Source: Candidatus Cloacimonadales bacterium (GTDB taxonomy: Bacteria; Cloacimonadota; Cloacimonadia; Cloacimonadales; JAIOQZ01). Taken from it: 64,000 bases of DNA. The notes beneath the pieces were generated by a model. It ran no database searches. It was not told the DNA's origin and worked only from the letters and a program-made list of their open reading frames with translations. Each line of letters begins with the position of its first letter. The stretch's first letter is position 1. Position numbers and translations under genes: made by a program. The stretch spans positions 1 through 64,000 of the forward strand of contig OY762463.1 in NCBI GenBank assembly GCA_963665815.1. The letters run 5' to 3'. This document shows positions 38,670 through 46,895 of the stretch, piece after piece.

Positions 38670-39101
38670 CTAACTTATTTTTATTTCTTTTTTAATATTG
38701 TCTGTTTTAGGGACTGTGAGTGTGAGAACACCGTTTTTTAACTTAGCTTTGACATTTTCGATATCGCAATTGTCCGGAAGGAAGATTCTTCTTGCATAGC
38801 TTCCTGTGTACCTTTCCGAATAATGTACCTTGGATTCATCCTGCGGTTGTTTGTGTTTCACAGCTTCAATAAGGATATAGTTCTCTTTGCTGGTTAGCTT
38901 TATGTTCTCTTTCTGAACTCCGGGCAAATCGGCTTTGACTTCAAATTCAGTTTCTTTTTCGATAATATCAAGAGCCATGAGTCCGTCATTTCTCTTTCTA
39001 CCTTTGCTATACACCCTGTCTACATATTCATCGAACATGGGGAACAGCGAGAATCGATCCTTTAATGAAAGCTTGTTAGCATTAAATGGATAAATAATCA
39101 T
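38670..39101 (-). CDS. Hsp20/alpha-crystallin small heat-shock protein
   Basis: ADLPGV, ERYTGSYARRIFLP, AKLKNGVLTLTVPK. Confidence 0.93.
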   Translation of the reverse strand: MIIYPFNANKLSLKDRFSLFPMFDEYVDRVYSKGRKRNDGLMALDIIEKETEFEVKADLPGVQKENIKLTSKENYILIEAVKHKQPQDESKVHYSERYTGSYARRIFLPDNCDIENVKAKLKNGVLTLTVPKTDNIKKEIKIS

Positions 39102-39214
39102 CTTTCTCTCCTTTTCGAAGTCTTTTCACTAATATTCTGTTTAGTGAAAGCTCGTTGTTTTTCTTTGTTTCTGAAAACATAATAATTAGAATTCAAAATA
39201 AAGCAAATTATTTT

Positions 39215-39241
39215 TTAGCACTCTTATATTGAGACTGCTAA
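39215..39241. promoter_or_regulatory. CIRCE element (HrcA operator)
   Basis: TTAGCACTC-N9-GACTGCTAA, one mismatch to consensus, upstream of the hsp20 pair. Confidence 0.9.
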
Positions 39242-39251
39242 AATTAGTCAA
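39223..39251 (-). promoter_or_regulatory. Sigma70-type promoter of hsp20 overlapping CIRCE
   Basis: TTGACT-N17-TATAAG on the minus strand. Confidence 0.7.
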
Positions 39252-39439
39252 GAAATTTTTAGTTTTAGCATTTCATATTTTCTTAAATTACATATTCACA
39301 ATTATATAGAATTGCATAGGCAGGTCAAAGGATTTATTAAGAAAAATATTCAAAATCTTTTCATTTATATTTTCTTGCAGATTTTATCATATATATTAAT
39401 ATGGCTTTTAAGTAAAAAATCAGCTTTAAGGAGCAAAGC

Positions 39440-42400
39440 ATGAATACTAAACTCAGGTTAGTACTTATTCTAATCATCTTTACTATCTGTGGATTAAACG
39501 CGGATATTTCTGTAAATCTTGATAAATACGATATCAGTAGAATTGACTCGGTAGAAGAATTTAGACCGGGTAAGCCTGCAATCAGTTTTCTACCTCTTAA
39601 GGTTCTTATACCAATGGGTGAGAAAGTTACCGATATTGAAATCGAGCTAAGCAATCATACAGACGAGTTTAACTATAGTTTAAGACATGTGAACTCAATA
39701 GTGCCGACAGATGGACGAAATTATTCATCTACGTCTGCTGACGAAGCAGTTTACAGTTCAAACAGATTCTATCCTTACACCGATTTCCAGAATGGTGGAA
39801 GCCATCTGCTCAACGGATACAAAATTCTACTTCTTAATGTATATAATGAAAAATACAATCCTGTAGAAAAAACTCTCAGAACATTCAACCAGGTCAATGT
39901 TACAGTTTATACAGAATCAGACAGGAATGTTTATTCTGATGAAAACAGTATGCTGCTTGAAACGGCAGAGAAAAGGGAGCAGATTAAAAGCATGGTTGTC
40001 AATCCTGATCAGGTTTCAACTTACTGTAAGACTAATATTGAAAGACCTCCTGTACTGCTGGATCCTCTTGATCCGCATGCAATGATCATTATCACTGATG
40101 TTCAACGTGCAAGCTGGTTTGACGGATTTGTTCAATGGAAGGCTTCTAAAGGTATCAATGCAGATGTTTTCACAACAGAAAGCATATTGGCAGCATATAA
40201 CGGAGTAGATGATCAGGAAAAGATCAGAGAGTTCATTAAAGATGCATACACGACATATTCAGCATCAACTGATCCGCTCAGATATGTTATTCTTGGTGGT
40301 GATGATGAGATTATACCTGTACGTTATGCCTGGGCAGCAATCGATTCAACATTCAGTCCTGAGCATGTGTATGATCTGGTTGAAGATGTTCCGACAGATT
40401 TTTATTACAGTGCTCTGGATGGTTCCTGGAATGATGATAATGATAATGATTTCGGAGAGCCGGGAGATAATCCTGATATGTTCCCGGAAGTAGCTCTTGG
40501 CAGAATTCCATGTGAAACTCAAGAGGAATTTAATCATTTCTTCAATAAACTCTATCATTATGTAGATGTGAATACAGATGGAAATGACTTTGTTTATCTG
40601 ATAGGAGAAGATCTGGACTGGACACCTCAGACATGGGGTGGAGACAGTATGGACGAACTTGCCGAAATGATGCCTGAAGAGTATCATTATGTGAGACTGT
40701 ATGAACGAGAAGGAACATATAGTCAGGAAGCAGTTGTTGATGCATTGAACTTTGGTCCTGCAATTATCTTCCATGATGGTCATGCAAATTCTGATTATGT
40801 TTTGGGGATTCCATCCGGTGCTATTGCGAATCTCGAGAATACTCAATATGGTTTGATTTATACACATGGCTGTCACTCAGCGGGATTTGATGAGCTTGAA
40901 TCCGGTCCTGAAGAAGCGATTTCAGAAAAACTGATTTTCAATGAAGGCGGACTTTTTGCTTACTTTGGAAATACAAGATATGGCTGGGGAGAACTCGGTA
41001 CAACTAATGGTGGATCACAATGGTATCACAGAGCTTTTGTAGATGCAATTTTTGCTGATGGTATCCATGAACTTGGCTGGGCATTACAGCAGTCAAGAAT
41101 TGATTTGGCTAATCAGGCTGTGAACATCGAAGTATGGCGCTGGATTCATTATGAGCTTGTAATGTTCGGAGATCCTTCAGCAGAGCTAAAAATGCCTCAG
41201 GGTATTTTCCCTGAACTTATTCCTGAGAATGTTCAGGTTGTGGAAGAAACCGGTGATTTTGACGGAATATTCAATCCTGGTGAAACTGTGAACATTGAGT
41301 TTACACTTGCCAGCAGCATTGAAAGAGCTGATGCAGACAGCGTGAGAGTATCTGTTGAATTTCCTGATTCAGTAGCAGAAGTTCTATCTGAAGATGTTTA
41401 TATTGGTGGAATAACTGCCGGTTCAGGTGCAGATATAACCGGAAACAGCATAAGTGTGAGAATTCTGGAAGAAACAGATATATATGACATAGATTACAAG
41501 ATAGTGGTTGATGCGGCAATTGTTGGTGGTGAATATCATAAGGAATACGATCAGGAGTTCGAGCTGAGTATGATGCAGAGTGACTGGCCGAAAACACTGA
41601 ATTATTTCTGTTACAATGATCCGGTAATTCTGAAGGTAAATAACAGAAGAAAAATAATCAACATATCTTCAGGTGGTGAGATAATCATATCCGGTGTTTA
41701 TGGAAATGAAGAATCGGTCATTGATCTGGGTGAAATAACCTATAAAAACGCTTCGTTTGCTGATCTGAATAATGATGGTGTAACGGATGTTGTTGTTGGA
41801 GTTGATGATTCACTGTTTGCCTATTCTTTAAATGGACAGAGATTGTGGGCAAAAGGACTTTCTCATGATTTCAATGGTACCGAATATGAAGCTTTTCTGG
41901 ATTCTGATCCTGTTATCGCTCATGTAACCTCAACAACTGAATATAATGTAGTATTCTCGAATATCTTTGGAGATTTGTACTGTCTTGATGCAAATGGAAA
42001 TGAAGTAATAAGCTTTCCTGATTTTGGTAATGGCAGAGGAAAACTGACAGTTTCAGGATTTGATAATGACGGATTGAATGAGATTGTATACTACATCAAC
42101 GATGTAATCCATGTATTTAACAATACGGGGGCAGAGCTGAATTCTTTCCCCGCAAGTCAGACAAATGCAGATGCAGAAATGACAGTTAATAATGTTTATG
42201 TGTACTTCTACGATGGAAATGGTATCAAAAGAGTGAGTATGGATGGTAATGTAAATAATGTTATCGATTTACCTGAGTGTTTTATTAAGGAAATTGCATT
42301 TGGAGAAATGGATAATGTCTCCGGTGATGAACTTGTATTTACTCTTGAAAATGGAGATGTTTACATATCAGATACAGCCGGACAGCTTCTCAACGGATTT

Positions 42401-43045
42401 CCTGTAAGCCTTGGAGAAGATTGTTCAGTTGCTCCACTTCTTGCCGATGTAAATGACGATGATCGTGTAGATGTTATTCAAATCTCAGAAGCCGGTAATG
42501 TTTATATCATTCAGAGCGATGGAACACTGCTGAATTCTGCTCCATTTCAGATTGGACTTGATAACATAACTTCGGGTACAATAACAGATATTGATTATGA
42601 TGGTGATTTCGAGTTGCTTTTCAATGTGGAGTCTGCTATTGCGGCAATCGACTTCAAGTATGCACTCGGTAGTAAAAGCCCCTGGATCCATTCAAGAGGT
42701 AACTTAAGAAGAACAGGTAATTTCGATGATAATGAGCTTGTTCCTGTTAATGAAGATGTGAATAAGTACAGTAAAACTGAGATAGCTAATTATCCCAATC
42801 CATTTAATCCTGAAACCACAATAAGCCTATCCCTGAAAGATGAGAAACTGAACTCTGTGAAGATATATAATATTAAAGGTCAACTTGTTACTACTCTCTG
42901 GGATGAACAGACAGATGCATCAGAAATGAAGGTTATCTGGAAAGGTGTTGATAGCAAAGACAAAGCTGTTGGTTCGGGAGTATATTTCTATAAAGTACAA
43001 ACAGATAAAAACGTTTATACGGAAAAAATGCTGTTACTCAAGTAG
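39440..43045 (+). CDS. Gingipain-like C25 cysteine peptidase with propeptide, FG-GAP-like repeats and FlgD-Ig domain
   Basis: YVILGGD, TDFYYS.LDG.W, GRIP, HDGH, THGCHS, FGDP; PNPFNPETTI C-terminal domain. Confidence 0.9.
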   Translation: MNTKLRLVLILIIFTICGLNADISVNLDKYDISRIDSVEEFRPGKPAISFLPLKVLIPMGEKVTDIEIELSNHTDEFNYSLRHVNSIVPTDGRNYSSTSADEAVYSSNRFYPYTDFQNGGSHLLNGYKILLLNVYNEKYNPVEKTLRTFNQVNVTVYTESDRNVYSDENSMLLETAEKREQIKSMVVNPDQVSTYCKTNIERPPVLLDPLDPHAMIIITDVQRASWFDGFVQWKASKGINADVFTTESILAAYNGVDDQEKIREFIKDAYTTYSASTDPLRYVILGGDDEIIPVRYAWAAIDSTFSPEHVYDLVEDVPTDFYYSALDGSWNDDNDNDFGEPGDNPDMFPEVALGRIPCETQEEFNHFFNKLYHYVDVNTDGNDFVYLIGEDLDWTPQTWGGDSMDELAEMMPEEYHYVRLYEREGTYSQEAVVDALNFGPAIIFHDGHANSDYVLGIPSGAIANLENTQYGLIYTHGCHSAGFDELESGPEEAISEKLIFNEGGLFAYFGNTRYGWGELGTTNGGSQWYHRAFVDAIFADGIHELGWALQQSRIDLANQAVNIEVWRWIHYELVMFGDPSAELKMPQGIFPELIPENVQVVEETGDFDGIFNPGETVNIEFTLASSIERADADSVRVSVEFPDSVAEVLSEDVYIGGITAGSGADITGNSISVRILEETDIYDIDYKIVVDAAIVGGEYHKEYDQEFELSMMQSDWPKTLNYFCYNDPVILKVNNRRKIINISSGGEIIISGVYGNEESVIDLGEITYKNASFADLNNDGVTDVVVGVDDSLFAYSLNGQRLWAKGLSHDFNGTEYEAFLDSDPVIAHVTSTTEYNVVFSNIFGDLYCLDANGNEVISFPDFGNGRGKLTVSGFDNDGLNEIVYYINDVIHVFNNTGAELNSFPASQTNADAEMTVNNVYVYFYDGNGIKRVSMDGNVNNVIDLPECFIKEIAFGEMDNVSGDELVFTLENGDVYISDTAGQLLNGFPVSLGEDCSVAPLLADVNDDDRVDVIQISEAGNVYIIQSDGTLLNSAPFQIGLDNITSGTITDIDYDGDFELLFNVESAIAAIDFKYALGSKSPWIHSRGNLRRTGNFDDNELVPVNEDVNKYSKTEIANYPNPFNPETTISLSLKDEKLNSVKIYNIKGQLVTTLWDEQTDASEMKVIWKGVDSKDKAVGSGVYFYKVQTDKNVYTEKMLLLK

Positions 43046-43067
43046 TAACGGAGATTTATAAAACTAT

Positions 43068-43095
43068 AGGCCTGGTGATTATTCATCAGGCTTTT
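43068..43095 (+). terminator. Probable intrinsic terminator
   Basis: GGCCTGGTGA..TCATCAGGCT plus T run. Confidence 0.6.
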
Positions 43096-43172
43096 ATTGT
43101 TAGTAAGAAATATTGACAAAATAACTAAATCAGATTCATTTACATAATCAAATTCAATTGTTCGAGGTAATT

Positions 43173-43757
43173 ATGAGATTTCTTATTGTTATTATATTTG
43201 CATTGTCTTTAACAACCTGTGGCTATGATTTATCACAGTATCAGCACCTTAAAAATCCGGAAATCAAAGTAAAAACAGATCAGCCTGTAATTGTTTATAC
43301 GGTAAAAGGTGATCCCGGGGAATCCGGTAAAGAAGCATTTAAAGCACTTTTCTCAGCATTTTATGCACTTAAAGGAAAGCATAAAATTAAGTCTTCTGCT
43401 CCGATTGCAAGATGGTATGGGGATGTAAATGGTCCTAAAGACCAGTGGACAGGTGAGTTTGCATTAAAAATCAATGAATCTGTAAAGGAGATACCGGAAA
43501 AGATTATAAAGAAATATCCAAAGCTGGAACTGAAAGTCTGGACTTACGGAGAAACAGCTGAGATTCTTCATATTGGTGCTTACGACAATGAGACTGAAAC
43601 AATTAAAAGGCTGCATGAGTATATTGAAAAATCCGGTTATGAGATAAATGGGCAGCATGAAGAAGAGTACATAAAGGGACCGGGAATGTTCTTTAACGGA
43701 AATCCAGACAAGTACCAGACAATAATCAGATATCCTGTTAAGAAAATTGAGGATTGA
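43173..43757 (+). CDS. GyrI-like small-molecule-binding lipoprotein
   Basis: Lipobox LTTC; AEILHIGAYD.E, HEEEY, TIIRYPV. Confidence 0.8.
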   Translation: MRFLIVIIFALSLTTCGYDLSQYQHLKNPEIKVKTDQPVIVYTVKGDPGESGKEAFKALFSAFYALKGKHKIKSSAPIARWYGDVNGPKDQWTGEFALKINESVKEIPEKIIKKYPKLELKVWTYGETAEILHIGAYDNETETIKRLHEYIEKSGYEINGQHEEEYIKGPGMFFNGNPDKYQTIIRYPVKKIED

Positions 43758-43826
43758 CGAAATATTAAGTGCAAATCAATTAATAAAGATTATACTATAA
43801 TAATATATTACATAATGGAGATATTT

Positions 43827-44294
43827 ATGCAGAGAAAGATATTAGTAATCATACTGCTTTTCAGTTTAAGTTCAATTTTTGCACTGAATGGATTTACAAA
43901 TTTTGATAAAGCATACGAATCAGCTAAAGCAAATCATAAATACATGTTGATGATATTTCAGGGTTCGGACTGGTGCACATACTGTATGAGTACGGAAAAG
44001 AAAGTATGGAGTACAGAAGCTTTTGATAGTTTTGTAAAAGAGAACTGTGTCGTCATAAACGTAGATTTCCCAAAACTCAAAAAGAACAAACTTCCTGAAG
44101 AACAGCACGAGAAGAATAAGAAGTTATTCAAGGAATATAACTCAATCGGAGGAGTTCCACTCGCTGTACTTCTTGATGAAAACTGTAAAGTACTGGGATC
44201 AATCCCATATTCTGATTTCACTCCGGAAGAGTATATTAGTAAGCTGAAGTCATTCATGACAAAAAAGTCGGTAGAGTCTTCCGAAAAGAACTGA
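43827..44294 (+). CDS. Exported thioredoxin-like protein
   Basis: GGAG RBS, signal peptide, FQGSDWCTYC, VDFP, GVP. Confidence 0.88.
   Translation: MQRKILVIILLFSLSSIFALNGFTNFDKAYESAKANHKYMLMIFQGSDWCTYCMSTEKKVWSTEAFDSFVKENCVVINVDFPKLKKNKLPEEQHEKNKKLFKEYNSIGGVPLAVLLDENCKVLGSIPYSDFTPEEYISKLKSFMTKKSVESSEKN
44261..44267 (+). other. Candidate -1 frameshift heptamer A_AAA_AAG joining the thioredoxin and ApbE frames
   Basis: In frame ACA AAA AAG; the -1 frame reads VGRVFRKELILMGCRF into ApbE. Confidence 0.5.
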
Positions 44295-44299
44295 TCCTG

Positions 44300-45205
44300 A
44301 TGGGATGTCGGTTTGATATTACAGTTGTATCGGAAGATGAAGACGAAGCAGATAAGTATATTGAACTTGCAGTTGAAAGAATTCACAATATTGAAGATAT
44401 AATTTCTTCATGGGTTCCGGGTTCTCAGACTGCAGAGATTAATAAAAACGCAGGGATAAAACCGGTAATGGTTGATGATGAACTTTTCAGTTTGATTAAG
44501 CGATCTAAAGCAATCTCCGGAATAACTGATGGTGCTTTTGATATCAGTTATGCGTCTATGGACAAAATCTGGAAATTTGACGGAAGTATGAAATCAATGC
44601 CGTCGGAAGAAGAAATAGGAAACTCTGTTGAGAAAGTCGGATACGAGAATATTATTCTTGATGAAATTGATAAGAGTGTTTTTCTTAAGAAAAAAGGAAT
44701 GAAGATTAATTTCGGAGCAATTGGCAAAGGATATGCCGCGGATCAGGCTAAAGCTCTGTTAATAGAACATGGAGTAAAAGCCGGTATTATCAATGCATCC
44801 GGAGATCTCTCTGCCTGGGGAAAACAACCTGATGGCAGCAGCTGGACGGTTGCCATTACTAACCCGTTGAACAAAAATAAACAGTTCGCTGTTTTACCAG
44901 TGGACAACAGAGCAATTGTTACGTCCGGTGATTATGAAAGATATGTTGAGTTTGACGGAAAGAGATACTCACATATAATTGATCCGAGAACTGGTTATCC
45001 TGCAACCGGAATTGTGAGTGTAAGTGTTATTGCCGATGATGCTGAACTTGCTGATGCTCTTGCAACAGCCATATTCGTTATGGGAAAAGATGCCGGGATT
45101 GACAGGATCAATCAGCTTGATAATGTAGACTGTATAATTGTAGATGATAAGGGAAATGTGTTTCATTCCAAAAACATAAGGATAAATGAAGATGAAAAGT
45201 TTTAG
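44300..45205 (+). CDS. apbE: FAD:protein FMN transferase (N-terminus and signal peptide missing in this frame)
   Basis: MGCRFDITVV, GAFDIS, FGAIGKGYAAD, TSGDYE, YSHIIDPRTG, ADALATA. Confidence 0.92.
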   Translation: MGCRFDITVVSEDEDEADKYIELAVERIHNIEDIISSWVPGSQTAEINKNAGIKPVMVDDELFSLIKRSKAISGITDGAFDISYASMDKIWKFDGSMKSMPSEEEIGNSVEKVGYENIILDEIDKSVFLKKKGMKINFGAIGKGYAADQAKALLIEHGVKAGIINASGDLSAWGKQPDGSSWTVAITNPLNKNKQFAVLPVDNRAIVTSGDYERYVEFDGKRYSHIIDPRTGYPATGIVSVSVIADDAELADALATAIFVMGKDAGIDRINQLDNVDCIIVDDKGNVFHSKNIRINEDEKF

Positions 45206-45404
45206 AGTAGTAATATTTCTGGCACTGGTTTTTGTAGTTTCCTGTGCTAATGTACAAGGCTTTGAGAAGATGAGACTCAATGATGAAGATATGAGTCTGT
45301 CTGAAAGAGACAGTAAAAAGTTCGAGACAACTTTCCAGACATACAGAGAAGGTTCTTCTGGTGCTAATGGAGGAAAATCCGGAGGTGGCTGTGGATGTAA
45401 CTAA
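45192..45404 (+). CDS. DUF4266-family small lipoprotein
   Basis: Lipobox VVSC; YREGSSGANGGKSGGGCGCN C-terminus. Confidence 0.85.
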   Translation: MKSFRVVIFLALVFVVSCANVQGFEKMRLNDEDMSLSERDSKKFETTFQTYREGSSGANGGKSGGGCGCN

Positions 45405-46836
45405 ACAAACTTTATTGTTGATTTTTCTTTTGATTTCGACTTTCTGCATAAGTATGGAAATAGCTTCGGGTCCCGGGACAGGTTACAAAAAAAGAGTTCT
45501 GGATAAAGCAGAAGTTTCCATACTTACAAGCTATTACTCTCAGGATGGAGATAATGCTGCAGTAACCGGAGGTCTTGGAAATGAAGAGCTTACGAATTCA
45601 GCTACAAATATTAATATATCTATTCCGGTAAAGGAAGATAACATTCTCAAGATTGATGCGACTGTTTCAGCTTATACCTCCGCATCATCAAGTAACCTGA
45701 ATCCATTCAGTTCGGCTTCAGCCGGGGGGACTCCCAGTGCTGTTTCTACTGTAAAAGGCAGTCCATGGGTTGAGTCTACAGGAGCTTCCAAAAGTGATGT
45801 CTGGATTAACACAAAGCTGGATTACAGTCATTATAACGATAAAAGGACAGGAATTTTTTCTGCAAATGCGAGCTACTCAAATGAATTTGATTATACATCT
45901 TTCGGATTCGGAGGAAGTTTCACCGGATTTTATAATGACAAGAATACGGAGTTTGATCTTAAACTGAATATGTTTCTTGATAAATGGCGTCCTAAACAGC
46001 CTAAAGAATTATCAAGATATTTCCAGTACAGCGGAGACCTTAATGCCGGTCATTTTGAAAATGTACTAATCTATGACAGTAACGGAAATGCAACAGATAA
46101 AACGAGTATCAATACCTGGAAGCCGATGACGGATAAAATGCTTGAAAGTGAGGATCGTAACAGTTTTTCAATGTCTATCAGGCTGTCTCAGATGATAAAT
46201 ACCAATTCACAAGTATCCTTTTTTTCTGATTTCGTATTGCAGAAGGGGTGGTTAGCTAATCCAATGCAAAGAGTATATTTTGCTGACAGAGAGAATTATT
46301 TCATAGGTGAACCGGAATATATTGATGAGTATGATTCGAAGTCTAATACCGGAGTATTTCATCTTGCTGATGATTATGAAAGACTACCTGATGACAGGTA
46401 CAAGTATCCTGTAGGAATGCGATACAGTCATTACCTTAATGATTATTTTATATTAAAGCTGTACTATAGATTCTATCAAGATTCATGGGAACTAAAGTCT
46501 CATACTGCAAGTATAGAAGTACCGGTGAAGCTTACATCAAGTTTGACAATCTATCCCGGTTACAGATACTACTCTCAAACATCGGCTAAGTATTTTGCCG
46601 CATATGATTCGCATTTATCAACGGATGAATTTTATACATCTGATAATGACCTTTCAGAATTCAGCTCCTATCAGTTGAGTTTAGGAGTTAAACTGTATGA
46701 TATGGTAACGACGAAGTATTTCTGGGTATTTGGCTATAAAAATATACAGATGAATTACAGTTATTATAAACGTGATACAGGATTTGAAGCTTTTATTGTA
46801 TCACTGGGAACTCAATTACAGATAACGAAGAAATAG
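45391..46836 (+). CDS. DUF3570-family outer-membrane protein
   Basis: GGAGG before GTG 45391; SYYSQDG..AVTGG.G.E.LT, AYTSASS, ERLPD.R.K, YRFY.D.W, YTSD.DLS. Confidence 0.82.
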   Translation: MDVTKQTLLLIFLLISTFCISMEIASGPGTGYKKRVLDKAEVSILTSYYSQDGDNAAVTGGLGNEELTNSATNINISIPVKEDNILKIDATVSAYTSASSSNLNPFSSASAGGTPSAVSTVKGSPWVESTGASKSDVWINTKLDYSHYNDKRTGIFSANASYSNEFDYTSFGFGGSFTGFYNDKNTEFDLKLNMFLDKWRPKQPKELSRYFQYSGDLNAGHFENVLIYDSNGNATDKTSINTWKPMTDKMLESEDRNSFSMSIRLSQMINTNSQVSFFSDFVLQKGWLANPMQRVYFADRENYFIGEPEYIDEYDSKSNTGVFHLADDYERLPDDRYKYPVGMRYSHYLNDYFILKLYYRFYQDSWELKSHTASIEVPVKLTSSLTIYPGYRYYSQTSAKYFAAYDSHLSTDEFYTSDNDLSEFSSYQLSLGVKLYDMVTTKYFWVFGYKNIQMNYSYYKRDTGFEAFIVSLGTQLQITKK

Positions 46837-46895
46837 ACTTATCATGTTCTTATTTTGATGAGTTGGTTAAACAATATTGATTAGAGAAACAAACA

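Noticed and set aside
39102-39160. RNA thermometer in the hsp20 leader
   Set aside because: A hairpin exists (about 39124-39149) but the AAGGAG SD lies outside it; no ROSE or fourU motif
44292-44299. Selenocysteine or stop read-through linking Trx and ApbE
   Set aside because: ApbE is in a different frame, and a second in-frame TGA follows two codons later
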